Shown in pieces: positions 10,968 to 21,023 of a stretch of DNA of 64,000 nucleotides. A program made the position numbers and the translations under genes. The stretch covers positions 1,074 to 65,073 of the forward strand of contig JBAVCL010000010.1 in NCBI GenBank assembly GCA_049586675.1, given 5' to 3'. The notes beneath the pieces are model-generated. The model was not told where the DNA came from. It searched no databases and saw nothing but the letters and a program-made list of their open reading frames with translations. The stretch is from Dehalococcoidia bacterium. Its GTDB lineage: Bacteria > Chloroflexota > Dehalococcoidia > GIF9 > AB-539-J10. Every line of letters begins with the position of its first letter. Position 1 is the first letter of the stretch.

Positions 10968-12278
10968 ATGCAGCGCAAAACGACCCGACCGCGTCTCGTT
11001 CAGGCAATGATGGATATATTGACATTGCCTGATTTGCGGCGAAAAATTCTTTTCACCCTCGGCATCCTGGTAGTTTTTCGGTTTTTAGCTCACGTTCCCT
11101 TGCCCGGTGTGGACATCGCGAAGTTGCAACAATTCTTCCAAGGGAACCTCCTTTTCGGAATGCTTGACCTTTTTAGCGGTGGTGCCATGGAGAGATTCAG
11201 TGTGGCTGCCATGGGCGTTTATCCTTACATCACTGCGTCCATAATTATGCAATTGCTAGTTCCGGTAATCCCCAGCCTTCAGGCTATATCCCAAGAGGGG
11301 GAACTTGGTCAGCAAAGAATCAATCGAATTACTCACTTAGCAACTATACCTTTGGCAGCCCTTCAAGGCTATGCTATGCTTGCCTTGCTACGTTCCCAGA
11401 GCGTTACTATTGAACCGCTTACATCATTGACCATAGCCAACATCGTAATAACAATGACCGCTGGCTCGATGTTCCTCGTGTGGCTAGGTGAATTGATTAC
11501 CGAACGTGGTGTCGGGAACGGGATATCGATAATAATCTTTGCTGGTATCGTGACTGACCTGCCTACGATAGTGGGTCGTGGCATTGTTGCTGCCGTTGGC
11601 GGAAATCCAGGGGGGTTGATCGCCTACATTATTCTAACCTTAGCTATGGTGGTGCTTATAGTCATATTTGTTGAAGCTCATCGCCGTATCCCTGTACAGT
11701 ATGCTCGGAGCACTTTTCGCAGTGGCCGCATGTATCGCCAATCAGGGTCAACTTACATCCCCCTGCGAGTCAATACTGCCGGAATGATACCCCTCATTTT
11801 CGCCATAGCCCTAATGCAACTTCCTGGTACGATAGCTACATTTTTTATGAACCCAAGCAGTCAAGCCCCGAATTTCTGGAACACAATCTATAATGTATTT
11901 CAGTCTAATACTGCGATTTACCAAGTGTTGTATTTTGCCTTAGTAATTGGTTTCACTTTATTCTACACTGCGGTTATATTTGAGCAAATGAACCTGCCTC
12001 AAACTCTGCAACAGCAAAGCGGCTTCATCCCCGGAGTTCGACCCGGCAAGGCAACAGCTGATTATTTGAACGGGATTGTAAAGCGCATTACCTTTGGTGG
12101 TGCCCTCTTTCTGGCTATAGTGGCAATTCTGCCCTTCATTGGTACAGAGATTACCAGCATTGCAACACTGGGAATACGGAGCACCGCTATGCTTATAGCT
12201 GTTGGTGTGGCCCTAGATACCATGAAGCAATTAGAGGCTCAGTTAACTATGCGCCGCTACGAGGGTTTCCTAAAATAA
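10968..12278 (+). CDS. secY: Preprotein translocase subunit SecY
   Basis: 436 aa polytopic membrane protein, operon position after rplO. Confidence 0.93.
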   Translation: MQRKTTRPRLVQAMMDILTLPDLRRKILFTLGILVVFRFLAHVPLPGVDIAKLQQFFQGNLLFGMLDLFSGGAMERFSVAAMGVYPYITASIIMQLLVPVIPSLQAISQEGELGQQRINRITHLATIPLAALQGYAMLALLRSQSVTIEPLTSLTIANIVITMTAGSMFLVWLGELITERGVGNGISIIIFAGIVTDLPTIVGRGIVAAVGGNPGGLIAYIILTLAMVVLIVIFVEAHRRIPVQYARSTFRSGRMYRQSGSTYIPLRVNTAGMIPLIFAIALMQLPGTIATFFMNPSSQAPNFWNTIYNVFQSNTAIYQVLYFALVIGFTLFYTAVIFEQMNLPQTLQQQSGFIPGVRPGKATADYLNGIVKRITFGGALFLAIVAILPFIGTEITSIATLGIRSTAMLIAVGVALDTMKQLEAQLTMRRYEGFLK

Positions 12279-13000
12279 TGTACATCGTCATGCTAGGTGC
12301 TCCGGGGGCGGGGAAGGGAACTCAGGCGGATATTCTCTCTCAAGAAATGGATTTACCTCATATAGCCTCTGGGGATTTGTTTCGTCAGGCGTTAGAAAAA
12401 AGGACCGAGGTTGGTCTCTTGGCTAAAAGCTATATGGATAAGGGAGAACTGGTTCCTGATGGGGTAACCATAAAAATGATTTTGGAAAGAATTAATCAGC
12501 CTGACTGTGACTCTGGCTGCCTTTTTGACGGCTTTCCCCGGACTTTGCCTCAAGCTAAAGTTCTAGACAAAGCCCTTAAGGAGCAAGGAAAAAGCATAGA
12601 TAAAGCAATATACATTGAAGTGCCCAATGAAGAGCTGGTGAAACGCCTCAGTGGGAGATGGCTTTGCCGGACTTGTCAGACACCATATCAAATAATAAGT
12701 TCACCGCCCAAAACGCCGGGAAAATGTGATAAATGCGGTGGTGAATTGTATCAGCGTTCTGATGATAGAGAGGAAACAGTAAAGGACCGCCTTAGTATTT
12801 TCTTTGCTCAAACTGTTCCCATCCTTGATTATTATAAAAAACAAAGTAAACTAGTTAAGGTCAATGGTAACTTGGGAATACAGGGGGTAGCTAGAGAAAT
12901 AGTCTCTGCACTTAAAGCACCCATGTCACCCCTGAGCAAAGCGAAGGGTCTCCGAGATTCTGCGGTCGCTATGCACCCTCAGAATGACACTAGGGGGTAA
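12278..13000 (+). CDS. adk: Adenylate kinase (with zinc-lid Cys4 and about 30 aa C-terminal extension)
   Basis: GAPGAGKGTQ P-loop; CRTC...CDKCGG lid motif. Confidence 0.9.
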   Translation: MYIVMLGAPGAGKGTQADILSQEMDLPHIASGDLFRQALEKRTEVGLLAKSYMDKGELVPDGVTIKMILERINQPDCDSGCLFDGFPRTLPQAKVLDKALKEQGKSIDKAIYIEVPNEELVKRLSGRWLCRTCQTPYQIISSPPKTPGKCDKCGGELYQRSDDREETVKDRLSIFFAQTVPILDYYKKQSKLVKVNGNLGIQGVAREIVSALKAPMSPLSKAKGLRDSAVAMHPQNDTRG

Positions 13001-13015
13001 GCAGGGATAAAATAA

Positions 13016-13753
13016 ATGGTGGTTATAAAATCTGACGAGGAAATAGCTAGCATGAGAAAGTGTGGCAAAATCCTCGCCGCTATTTTAGATGAACTAAGAG
13101 CGGAGGTAAGACCGGGGATTAAGACTGGCCAGTTGAACATAATCATGGCTGAAGAATCGGAGAAGAGGGGAGTTATACCTTCTTTTAAGAACTATCGCGG
13201 CTTCCCTGCGAATTTATGTGTTTCGGTAAATGATGAAATAGTCCACGGCATTCCTGGTGCACGAATACTACAGGAAGGAGACATCGTTTCTTTAGATGTG
13301 GGAGCAAAACTTAATGGCTTTCATACCGATGCTGCCATAACTATTGGTGTGGGGCAGATAACTAAGGAGGCTGAGGACCTTATCTTGGTCACAGAAGGTA
13401 GTTTAAAGTCAGGCATAGCTCAAGCTATAAGCGGGGCATGGATAGGGGATATCTCATCTGCTATTCAACATTATGTTGAATCAAGGGGATTTTCTGTGGT
13501 TAGAGAATATACCGGGCATGGAATAGGTCGGGAACTGCATGAAGAGCCCCAAATACCCAATTTTATGGCGGGAAAAGGCCTCCTGCTCCGGAAGGGCATG
13601 ACTTTGGCTGTTGAGCCTATGGTTAATGCTGGAGATTGGCACACTAAATTGGCAGCCAACCAGTGGACGGTACTTACTGCCGATGGAAGTTTTTCAGCAC
13701 ATTTTGAACATACCATTGCCATAACTGATAATAAAGCTGAGATACTTGTTTAG
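13016..13753 (+). CDS. map: Methionine aminopeptidase type I
   Basis: 245 aa, pita-bread fold motifs, operon position. Confidence 0.9.
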   Translation: MVVIKSDEEIASMRKCGKILAAILDELRAEVRPGIKTGQLNIIMAEESEKRGVIPSFKNYRGFPANLCVSVNDEIVHGIPGARILQEGDIVSLDVGAKLNGFHTDAAITIGVGQITKEAEDLILVTEGSLKSGIAQAISGAWIGDISSAIQHYVESRGFSVVREYTGHGIGRELHEEPQIPNFMAGKGLLLRKGMTLAVEPMVNAGDWHTKLAANQWTVLTADGSFSAHFEHTIAITDNKAEILV

Positions 13754-13767
13754 GTATTATGTAAAAA

Positions 13768-13986
13768 ATGGCTAAGAAGGAGAGGATAGAAGTTGAAGGC
13801 AAGGTGATTACAGTCTTACCTAATACTATGTTTCGCGTCGAATTGGCCAATGGACATCAAGTATTGGCTCATATCTCGGGTAAGATGAGAAAGCACTATA
13901 TCAAGATTTTACCTGGGGATAGAGTTTTGGTAGAACTTTCTCCTTACGACTTGAACCGGGGCAGGGTTACCTATCGGCTCAAATAG
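13768..13986 (+). CDS. infA: Translation initiation factor IF-1
   Basis: 72 aa, [42 protein letters not shown]. Confidence 0.95.
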   Translation: MAKKERIEVEGKVITVLPNTMFRVELANGHQVLAHISGKMRKHYIKILPGDRVLVELSPYDLNRGRVTYRLK

Positions 13987-14045
13987 TTTGACAGGTTAAC
14001 CAAGAAAGTTTATCATAATAAGGTTTGTGTGAACGGTGATTGGAA

Positions 14046-14159
14046 ATGAAAGTGAGAGCTTCGGTTAAGCCGATATGCAGAAAATGCAAGGTTATCAGGC
14101 GAGGAGGGGTGGTTAGGGTTATTTGTGAGAATCCCAAGCATAAACAAAGGCAGGGGTGA
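14046..14159 (+). CDS. rpmJ: 50S ribosomal protein L36
   Basis: Not in ORF track. ATG at 14046 gives [37 protein letters not shown] (37 aa, zinc ribbon C..C....C..H); conserved position between infA and rpsM. Confidence 0.9.
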   Translation: MKVRASVKPICRKCKVIRRGGVVRVICENPKHKQRQG

Positions 14160-14165
14160 TAAGTA

Positions 14166-14555
14166 GTGGCACGCATTGCTGGTGTAGACCTTCCTAAAGA
14201 CAAGCCAATTTGGGTAGCTTTGCAGAGCCTTTATGGCATCGGCACTACATCAAGCCAGCGCATTTTGGCTGCCACTGGTATCGATCGTGGTATTAGGGTT
14301 AAGGACCTTAGTGAGGAACAAGTTGGCCAGATTCGAGATGTTATTGACAAACAGTACAAAGTGGAAGGCGATCTTAGGAGGGAGGTTCAATCTAATATAA
14401 GGCGGCTTATTGAAATTGGTTGCTATCGGGGTATAAGGCACCGCACGGGGTTACCAGTCCATGGACAGAGGACGCGTACAAACGCCCGAACCAAGAGAGG
14501 ACCAAAGAAAACAGTAGCAGGTCGAGGGCAAAAGCGCGGCCTGGCTAAGAAGTAA
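14166..14555 (+). CDS. rpsM: 30S ribosomal protein S13
   Basis: 129 aa, [13 protein letters not shown]... S13 N-terminus. Confidence 0.95.
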   Translation: MARIAGVDLPKDKPIWVALQSLYGIGTTSSQRILAATGIDRGIRVKDLSEEQVGQIRDVIDKQYKVEGDLRREVQSNIRRLIEIGCYRGIRHRTGLPVHGQRTRTNARTKRGPKKTVAGRGQKRGLAKK

Positions 14556-14571
14556 GGAGCTTGTTTGCCAA

Positions 14572-14946
14572 ATGCCAAAGAAGAAGAGAGCCCATAAAAA
14601 GGTTAGCGAAGGCAAGGCTTATATCCAATCCAGTTTTAATAACACAATCATTACCATTACTGATATGCAAGGCAATGTTGTCGCCTGGGGCAGTTCTGGT
14701 ACTGCCGGATTCAAAGGCTCCAGGAAAGGTACCCCTTATGCTGCTCAACTAGCTGCTAGGGATGCAGCACAACGAGCAATGAATGACGGCTTGCGCCGGG
14801 TTGAGGTGTATATCAAAGGCCCGGGCAGTGGACGTGAAGCAGCTATTCGTGCCTTGCAGGCCGCGGGCATTACCGTTGCAGCTATCAGAGATGTGACTCC
14901 GATCCCCCATGATGGCTGCCGTCCGAAAGGGAGGCGAAGAGTATAA
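14572..14946 (+). CDS. rpsK: 30S ribosomal protein S11
   Basis: 124 aa, operon position, S11-like. Confidence 0.93.
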   Translation: MPKKKRAHKKVSEGKAYIQSSFNNTIITITDMQGNVVAWGSSGTAGFKGSRKGTPYAAQLAARDAAQRAMNDGLRRVEVYIKGPGSGREAAIRALQAAGITVAAIRDVTPIPHDGCRPKGRRRV

Positions 14947-14947
14947 A

Positions 14948-15577
14948 ATGGCACGCTATACAGGCCCGACTTGTCGCCTATGTCGCCGTTTTGAGGAAAA
15001 GCTGATGCTCAAAGGCGAGAAGTGCTCTACACCTAAATGTCCTTTGGAGAAAAGGAATGTTCCTCCCGGTGAGCACGCTCAGGCTAGGGTGCGCAGGTCT
15101 TCCGAGCGCGGACTTCAATTGCGCGAAAAGCAAAAGCTTCGCTTTAGCTACGGTGTCTTGGAGCGACAATTTCGCAGGTTTTTTGACGAGGCCAAAAAAA
15201 GCCCCGGCGCTACTGGAGAAACCCTTCTCATATTGTTGGAAAGGAGACTGGATAGCGTGATTTATTGTTTGGGCTTTGCTGATTCACATGCCCAAGCCAG
15301 ACAAATTGTTCGGCATGGCCATATAAGTGTCAATGGTCGCAGAACAGATATTCCTTCGTTTCTGGTGAAATCGGGGGACGTTGTTAACTGGCGCGAAACT
15401 AGTAAAAAAACCGAATATTATAAAAGGATGGCTGAGGGAATTGAGGGGAAGATTATCCCTAGCTGGTTAAGCTTGGACAAAGAAACCACGACAGGCAAGG
15501 TGTTGAATCTGCCCGGCAAGGATGATCTTGACGCTAAGTTTAATGCGAAAGCTGTTGTTGAATATTACTCGAGGTGA
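14948..15577 (+). CDS. rpsD: 30S ribosomal protein S4 (start moved to MARYTGP; ORF track start 14909 overlaps rpsK)
   Basis: [14 protein letters not shown]... S4 N-terminus with Cys cluster. Confidence 0.9.
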   Translation: MARYTGPTCRLCRRFEEKLMLKGEKCSTPKCPLEKRNVPPGEHAQARVRRSSERGLQLREKQKLRFSYGVLERQFRRFFDEAKKSPGATGETLLILLERRLDSVIYCLGFADSHAQARQIVRHGHISVNGRRTDIPSFLVKSGDVVNWRETSKKTEYYKRMAEGIEGKIIPSWLSLDKETTTGKVLNLPGKDDLDAKFNAKAVVEYYSR

Positions 15578-15580
15578 ATT

Positions 15581-16504
15581 ATGCCCGGATTATCTATCCC
15601 CACTGTAACTTGTGTTGAAAGCACCGGCAATTATGGTCGTTTTCTTGCTGAACCTCTAGAGCCGGGTTTTGGTGTCACTTTAGGTAATGCCTTAAGGCGT
15701 GTGCTTCTCAGCTCTCTGCCTGGTGCTGCGGTAACATGGGTCAAGATCGAAGGAATTCAGCACGAATTCTCTCCTATTCCCTATGTTAAAGAAGATGTTA
15801 TGGAGTTCTTACTGAATATCAGGCAGGTGAGACTCTGCCCTCTTTCCCATCAGCCCGGGCAGTTAGTCTTGGCAGCAGAGGGGGAAGGCAAAGTCTGTGC
15901 CGGTGATATTAAACCATCGGCTGATTTTCGCGTTGCCAATCCTGAACTTTGTTTAGCTTCTTTGGACTCCACCCAAGCCAGGCTTTACGTTGAACTTAAC
16001 GTGGAGCTAGGGAAAGGTTATGTGCCGGCTAAATCGGCTGATGGTTTACCTGTAGGAGCACTGCCAGTAGATGCCATCTTCACCCCAGTGCGGAAGGTCA
16101 ATTTCTCTGTCGAACCTATCAAGCCTGGCCAAGAGGGAAGCCCAGAAAAGCTCATTCTGGAGATTTGGACTGATGCTACCATTGCCCCCTGGGAGGCGCT
16201 TAGTCAAAGTGCTATCATCTTAATCAATCAGTTCTCTTCCTTCAGGGACTTTGGAGTTCCCATGGAGAAAGCTTTGTCCATTTTGCCCGAGCAATATGAT
16301 ACCCCTCTGGAAGAGCTAAATTTATCAACTCGCTCTTGTAATAGTTTGAGGAGAGCGGGTATTCTCACTCTGGGACAATTGATAGAGAAAGGCAGGGAGG
16401 GTTTGCCACCTTTGCCTGGTTTGGGGGCAAAGTCTAGAGCCGAAGTGGAAGAGCTCGTGGCAAAAAAATTGGGCGCTCCCGTTCTTAAGAAGAAAGAGGA
16501 ATGA
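15581..16504 (+). CDS. rpoA: DNA-directed RNA polymerase subunit alpha
   Basis: 307 aa, NTD and CTD ([19 protein letters not shown]) motifs. Confidence 0.95.
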   Translation: MPGLSIPTVTCVESTGNYGRFLAEPLEPGFGVTLGNALRRVLLSSLPGAAVTWVKIEGIQHEFSPIPYVKEDVMEFLLNIRQVRLCPLSHQPGQLVLAAEGEGKVCAGDIKPSADFRVANPELCLASLDSTQARLYVELNVELGKGYVPAKSADGLPVGALPVDAIFTPVRKVNFSVEPIKPGQEGSPEKLILEIWTDATIAPWEALSQSAIILINQFSSFRDFGVPMEKALSILPEQYDTPLEELNLSTRSCNSLRRAGILTLGQLIEKGREGLPPLPGLGAKSRAEVEELVAKKLGAPVLKKKEE

Positions 16505-16854
16505 GACACAAGGTAGCAGGACGGAAATTAAGTAGGTTCACAGAACAGAGGTTGATGTTATACCGAAATCAGGTTACTGCGCTTCTGGCTCACGAAAAGC
16601 TCACCACCACTGAAGCTAAAGCTAAAGAAGTTCGCAGTTTAGCAGAAAAGATGATAACTTTAGCTAAAGACGGCAGTCTTGCCTCAAGGCGGGAAGCTTT
16701 AGCTTTCATTACCGATAAAAAAGTGGTTGACAAGCTATTTGCTGAAATTGCTCCAAGCTATGCTGACCGTAGCGGGGGTTATACAAGATTGCTAAAACTG
16801 GGACCCCGCCGTGGTGATAGCGCGCCTATAGTTCAAATTGAATTGGTTAAGTAA
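16501..16854 (+). CDS. rplQ: 50S ribosomal protein L17
   Basis: 117 aa, [12 protein letters not shown]... L17 N-terminus. Confidence 0.93.
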   Translation: MRHKVAGRKLSRFTEQRLMLYRNQVTALLAHEKLTTTEAKAKEVRSLAEKMITLAKDGSLASRREALAFITDKKVVDKLFAEIAPSYADRSGGYTRLLKLGPRRGDSAPIVQIELVK

Positions 16855-17599
16855 GTTTATTTTGCTCATCGAATATGACGGTACCCAATATTATGGCTTT
16901 CAATGGCAAGTTGGCTTGCCGACTATTCAAAGTGAGCTTGAGCAAGCTCTAAGGCGATTTTGCGGGCAAAGCAGCCGGGTTATTGCAGCTAGCAGGACTG
17001 ATACCGGTGTGCATGCCCAAGGGCAAGTGGTGAGCTTTTGGGCGAAATCCACATTGGATACCATGACGTTAGTTAGAGCCTTAAATTATTATTTACCCGG
17101 CGATATCGCAGTCAAGGCAGCTTACAGGGCTGGCGATGATTTTAATGTCCGACGCGATGCTCTGAGCCGAGAATATCGTTATTATATTTTGAATAGTAAT
17201 ACCCGATCGCCGTTTAGCCGAAGGTTTGCTTTATTTGTGCCCAAAATGCTAGACATACAGGTGATGAATGAAGCCTGCCAGCTTATCCAAGGTGAGCATG
17301 ATTTTGTCTCTTTTGCCAGTTCCCTAGATGGCAACAAGAGTACGCTGCGTAATGTTTATGAAGCGGGAGTCGAGAAAAAAGGAGATTTTACCGTTTTCCG
17401 TATCGTAGCTAATTCCTTTTTGCCTCACCAGGTACGAAGCACCGTAGGTCTTTTAATCAGGCTGGGCCTGGGTAAGATAGGCATCACAGATTTTCGTGAT
17501 ATAATGGAGGCCAGGAGTTTGGGTTTAGCCGGTCCCCTGTCCCGCGCGTGTGGCTTATGCCTTAAGAAGGTCAATTATCCTAAGCCTTTGGGAAGCTAG
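16838..17599 (+). CDS. truA: tRNA pseudouridine(38-40) synthase
   Basis: [14 protein letters not shown] and RTDTGVHA catalytic Asp motif; conserved position after rplQ; exact start uncertain. Confidence 0.85.
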   Translation: MNWLSKFILLIEYDGTQYYGFQWQVGLPTIQSELEQALRRFCGQSSRVIAASRTDTGVHAQGQVVSFWAKSTLDTMTLVRALNYYLPGDIAVKAAYRAGDDFNVRRDALSREYRYYILNSNTRSPFSRRFALFVPKMLDIQVMNEACQLIQGEHDFVSFASSLDGNKSTLRNVYEAGVEKKGDFTVFRIVANSFLPHQVRSTVGLLIRLGLGKIGITDFRDIMEARSLGLAGPLSRACGLCLKKVNYPKPLGS

Positions 17600-17624
17600 C
17601 CCTGTCCTGAATTGATCGAAGGAA

Positions 17625-18113
17625 ATGAAAACTTATAGTACTAAAGCTAAAGATATCAAGCGGGAGTGGTGGGTGATTGATGCCGCGGATAAAACTTTGG
17701 GAAAAGTAGCGACGGAGGCAGCTAATTTACTTATGGGCAAGCATAAGCCAATTTATGCCCCTCATATTGATACCGGTGACTATGTTGTGGTAATTAATGC
17801 TGCCAAAGTAAGGGTGAGTGGGAAGAAAGCCGAACAAAAGATTTATTATAGATACACGGGATACCCCGGCGGCTTGAGGAGCCCCAGCTTTAAGGAAGTA
17901 TTTAGTAAGGACCCTGCCCGTGTGATTGAACTTGCGGTTAAAGGGATGTTGCCTCATAATCGTTTAGGCAGAGCTATGTTCAAGAAACTGAAAGTTTATC
18001 CTGGAAATGAGCATCCTCACCAGGCTCAGAATCCCCTCCCATCGCCCTGGCAAAGCGAAGGGCGCAGAATGACCAAGACCAAGGAAAGCGAAATATTATC
18101 GAAGGAAAGGTGA
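17625..18113 (+). CDS. rplM: 50S ribosomal protein L13 (with about 25 aa C-terminal extension)
   Basis: [20 protein letters not shown]... L13 signature. Confidence 0.93.
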   Translation: MKTYSTKAKDIKREWWVIDAADKTLGKVATEAANLLMGKHKPIYAPHIDTGDYVVVINAAKVRVSGKKAEQKIYYRYTGYPGGLRSPSFKEVFSKDPARVIELAVKGMLPHNRLGRAMFKKLKVYPGNEHPHQAQNPLPSPWQSEGRRMTKTKESEILSKER

Positions 18114-18119
18114 TGACTT

Positions 18120-18515
18120 ATGAGCGAGGAAAGTTACGTTTGGGGAACGGGTAAACGAAAGTGTGCTATAGCCCAAGCCAGGCTTTTCCCTGGCAAGGGG
18201 GAGATAATTGTCAATGATAAGCCCTATCAAGAGGCTTTCCCTCGCATCGAGCATCGCCGTATGATTGAACATCCTTTGCAGGCTACCAATACTATGGGCA
18301 AATTTTGTGTCATGGTGAAAGTGAATGGGGGTGGCCTCAGTGGTCAGGCTGGAGCCATTCGGCATGGCATTGCTCGAGCTCTTGCTAAAGAAAACGAGCT
18401 GTTTAAGCCCATATTACGTAAAGAAGGCTTGCTTACTCGGGATAGTAGAATCAAGGAACGTAAAAAATACGGACTCAAGCGAGCTCGCAAGGCACCACAA
18501 TATACCAAGCGCTAA
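18120..18515 (+). CDS. rpsI: 30S ribosomal protein S9
   Basis: 131 aa ending ...RKAPQYTKR*. Confidence 0.95.
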   Translation: MSEESYVWGTGKRKCAIAQARLFPGKGEIIVNDKPYQEAFPRIEHRRMIEHPLQATNTMGKFCVMVKVNGGGLSGQAGAIRHGIARALAKENELFKPILRKEGLLTRDSRIKERKKYGLKRARKAPQYTKR

Positions 18516-18619
18516 CTGTGCTCTGACTTATCAATTGACAGCGTGTGGCTGTTTTTGGGGATTTTCTTTAACCTCAACTTTGGCAGTTTCGTAACTAGAC
18601 GCTCTCAGGCATTGTGTTA

Positions 18620-18648
18620 TTGCTTCAGACAGGAAGAACAGCTATAAT
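18620..18648 (+). promoter_or_regulatory. Sigma-70-like promoter for tRNA-Gln (TTGCTT, 17 nt, TATAAT)
   Basis: TTGCTT at 18620-18625, 17-nt spacer, TATAAT at 18643-18648, 11 nt upstream of the tRNA 5' end. Confidence 0.5.
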
Positions 18649-18659
18649 ATTAAACTGCT

Positions 18660-18732
18660 GGGGATTAGTCTAGCGGTAGGACAGCGGGCTCTGGACCCGT
18701 GAGGCCAGGTTCGAATCCTGGATCCCCAGCCA
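18660..18732 (+). tRNA. tRNA-Gln (anticodon CTG)
   Basis: Cloverleaf folded by hand: acceptor GGGGATT/AATCCCC (3' strand read from the sequence), D-arm, anticodon stem GCGGG/CCCGT with loop CTCTGGA, T-arm CCAGG TTCGAAT CCTGG, discriminator G, encoded CCA. Confidence 0.8.
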
Positions 18733-18755
18733 ATAAACCTTCGGAAGGCAAGCGA

Positions 18756-19166
18756 ATGAAGGAAGAGCACCAAACACAGCGAGAGGTTAAGTATTTTATA
18801 GCGAATTTCGGTCAAGCACATGCTGAGAACCCAGTAGATGGCGGGTATTACCCCGTGTATTCTTGGTTTGGTGACACTAAAATGATATCTAAAGGCGATG
18901 TAATGCTTCTATGTTGTTGGGGTGGGCACAAAGGATTGTGGAAAGGGGATGCTTGGGGGCTCGGAAAAGTAACTGGCAAGGAAGAGCGCGAAGAAAACCT
19001 TTTTATTTCCTATAGATACAGGCAATTCGTTCCACCGATAAAGGGGGACGACGTTTACGACTGTCTTACGGACGCTGAGAAGCGAAAATTCAGAGGGGCG
19101 CGCCTGACAGCTAACTGGCTATTCAACATCACGCCCGTCTCTTTTCTATGTGCAGTTAGCAAGTAG
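18756..19166 (+). CDS. Hypothetical protein (start trimmed to MKEEHQ so it no longer overlaps the tRNA)
   Basis: ORF 18699..19166 trimmed to internal Met at 18756; no family recognised; AT-rich islet context. Confidence 0.45.
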   Translation: MKEEHQTQREVKYFIANFGQAHAENPVDGGYYPVYSWFGDTKMISKGDVMLLCCWGGHKGLWKGDAWGLGKVTGKEEREENLFISYRYRQFVPPIKGDDVYDCLTDAEKRKFRGARLTANWLFNITPVSFLCAVSK

Positions 19167-19188
19167 AAGCATGCCTAGAGGGTGAATA

Positions 19189-19425
19189 ATGACAGATTAT
19201 AAACTTACAGTTGTAGTAGAAAAAGACGAGGACGGACTTTATGTAGCTTCTGTTCCGTTTCTTCAGGGCTATTATACCCAAGGCGCAACCTATGAAGAGG
19301 CTTTAGAAAATATTAAAGATGCCATCAAGCTGCATATCGAAGCCCGGCGGGCTTTGGGAGAGCGGATAGCAGATGGACAACAGTGCCAATACACAAAGGT
19401 AGAGATTTGGGGAAAGGCATCTTGA
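19189..19425 (+). CDS. hicB: HicB-family antitoxin (short UPF0150-type, 78 aa)
   Basis: MTDYKLTVVVEKDEDGLYVASVPFLQGYYTQGATYEEALENIKDAIKLHIE matches the HicB/UPF0150 N-terminal domain pattern. Confidence 0.75.
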   Translation: MTDYKLTVVVEKDEDGLYVASVPFLQGYYTQGATYEEALENIKDAIKLHIEARRALGERIADGQQCQYTKVEIWGKAS

Positions 19426-19481
19426 GAAAAATCCTTAAAGATGCCAAAATCTCTGTGGATGAATTTGAGAAACTGCGCTAA
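19317..19481 (+). pseudogene. hicA: hicA toxin remnant, 5'-truncated, in the +2 frame overlapping the hicB 3' end
   Basis: Frame open only from 19317 with no start codon; translation ...RWTTVPIHKGRDLGKGILRKILKDAKISVDEFEKLR* matches the HicA C-terminal half (..VTVPHP.KDL..GTLRSILKQAGL..EEF..L); the N-terminal HicA region (GSHHxF.HP) is absent. Confidence 0.6.
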
Positions 19482-19485
19482 CTGT

Positions 19486-19562
19486 GGCGCATTCGTCTAG
19501 AGGCCTAGGACACCTCCCTCTCAAGGAGGAGATCACCGGTTCAAATCCGGTATGCGCTACCA
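19486..19562 (+). tRNA. tRNA-Glu (anticodon CTC)
   Basis: Acceptor GGCGCAT/ATGCGCT, anticodon stem CCTCC/GGAGG with loop CTCTCAA, T-arm CCGG TTCAAAT CCGG, discriminator A, encoded CCA. Confidence 0.75.
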
Positions 19563-19577
19563 ATTGGAATTGAACGG

Positions 19578-19604
19578 AGCACAGCTTTTTAGCTGTGCTT
19601 TTTG
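19578..19604 (+). terminator. Rho-independent terminator after tRNA-Glu
   Basis: Perfect 9-bp stem AGCACAGCT/AGCTGTGCT with TTTT loop, followed by TTTTTG. Confidence 0.7.
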
Positions 19605-19639
19605 ATTGCAAGCTCTTGTGTCAGTTATTGAAGGGAACC

Positions 19640-20365
19640 TTACATGAATTTTCTTCTCTTGAATGCTGATACATCTTCTTTCGACAGGTCGAACCATTCC
19701 CCCTGTTTCCTTTTGTCTTTAAATCTACCATGCCAGTAAGCTTCTATTCCAACTGGGTCGTCGGTTCTTATTTTATGAATCATTTCTAATTCTTCAGGAA
19801 GTTTAATACCGAGTTCATAATTACGTCTTTCTACATTTTTGCTATTGCCAATCTTGTAGAACCGCCCGGATTTCATCAAATACACAAACCCAAACTCTCC
19901 GTCGAACTCCTTGAAACCCTCTTGAGACTCTTTTGAACGTGTGCCCAAAGCATTTTTACATAATTCAATGACATCCGAGTATTCGGGATGTGTTTCACAA
20001 TAGTTAATGATTTTTGAGGCCAACTCGGGCTGTTTTCCTAATCGCTCTCTAATTGTATTGTGTGCTGGGAAGCTTTTTGTATTGTAAGCTTTCAACCGGT
20101 ATTCACCAACAGTAGGGAATTTCCCTATTTCCCTGATAAAAAGAATCATTTGTTCTATTAGCCAGTTTTCATCATAGGGGGATTGCATCTTATTCGGTGA
20201 ATATCCTGCCTCCATGACGGCATCGCTCCATCTAGTCCAATACTTGCCGTACCAATCTTGTGTTCTAATTCCTGTTTCTTTGGCAAATTTTTCTCGTCCT
20301 AATGGCATGCCATTATTCTCTTTGGCAGTTCGGTCAATTTCACTAAGAATATGATTCTTATCCAT
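19640..20365 (-). CDS. GIY-YIG / T5orf172 (MUG113-like) domain protein, putative nuclease
   Basis: C-terminal GFVYLMKSGRFYKIGNSKNVERRNYELGIKLPEELEMIHKIRTDDPVGIEAYWHGRFKDKRKQGEWFDL matches the T5orf172/GIY-YIG-like pattern; roughly 40% GC region. Confidence 0.6.
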   Translation of the reverse strand: MDKNHILSEIDRTAKENNGMPLGREKFAKETGIRTQDWYGKYWTRWSDAVMEAGYSPNKMQSPYDENWLIEQMILFIREIGKFPTVGEYRLKAYNTKSFPAHNTIRERLGKQPELASKIINYCETHPEYSDVIELCKNALGTRSKESQEGFKEFDGEFGFVYLMKSGRFYKIGNSKNVERRNYELGIKLPEELEMIHKIRTDDPVGIEAYWHGRFKDKRKQGEWFDLSKEDVSAFKRRKFM

Positions 20366-20499
20366 TTAATGTTTATTATAAGTAAGGTCTGATATTCAAG
20401 CAAGCAACTCCTGCGATAATAATCCATATCACATAATGGTTACGGAGATACAGGATGACTACGCATACGTTGCCGGATAATTGACGTTCTGAGTTTCTG

Positions 20500-21015
20500 T
20501 TACCTAGTCTTGCCCAGGTTTAACAATGTGCATATCTTCTGTGGTAGCTCGCTGCGATTGTGGATAGTAGTTTCAATGATTGACGCTTTGGGTTCTAGCC
20601 GGGGTAAGAATGCTGGCAGAAGTTCTTTGCGAATAACCAAAATAGAATTTTTGACCCTCCCGGTTCCCACTACTTCTAGGACTTTGGCAAAGCCCTCTCC
20701 TTTGAGTTCGAGATACCCAATCTCATCTACACAAAGGATATCTGAGGAAACACCAGCGTCTATCGCCTTAATCCCGAAGCTGATACCTTCCGGGTTAAAG
20801 AAATACCGCCCGATGTGGGGGCCTTTATATATATCAGTGAAGCTTGCTAGGGGCTTACTCTCCCCAGTTTGGATATCTATAATAACAATGCCTTGCTTAG
20901 ACTTAGGGGTAAGAAAGCCGCCGCAGCTATGTCCCAGGCGCTTCGCCATTGCTACCGCTTTTTCGCAAACTGTAGTTTTACCAACCCCTACCTTGCCAGT
21001 AATAATAATGTGCAT
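20500..21015 (-). CDS. NTPase, THEP1/NTPase_1-like P-loop protein
   Basis: MHIIITGKVGVGKTT Walker A and DEIG Walker B; ORF track start 21027 trimmed to Met at 21015. Confidence 0.7.
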   Translation of the reverse strand: MHIIITGKVGVGKTTVCEKAVAMAKRLGHSCGGFLTPKSKQGIVIIDIQTGESKPLASFTDIYKGPHIGRYFFNPEGISFGIKAIDAGVSSDILCVDEIGYLELKGEGFAKVLEVVGTGRVKNSILVIRKELLPAFLPRLEPKASIIETTIHNRSELPQKICTLLNLGKTR

Positions 21016-21023
21016 TGCTCCAA

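Noticed and set aside
14909-14947. Upstream extension of the rpsD ORF ([13 protein letters not shown])
   Set aside because: Overlaps the rpsK 3' end. The conserved S4 N-terminus begins at MARYTGP (14948).
18699-18755. N-terminal 19 codons of ORF 18699..19166 (MRPGSNPGSPANKPSEGKR)
   Set aside because: Overlaps the 3' half of tRNA-Gln; start moved to the internal Met at 18756.
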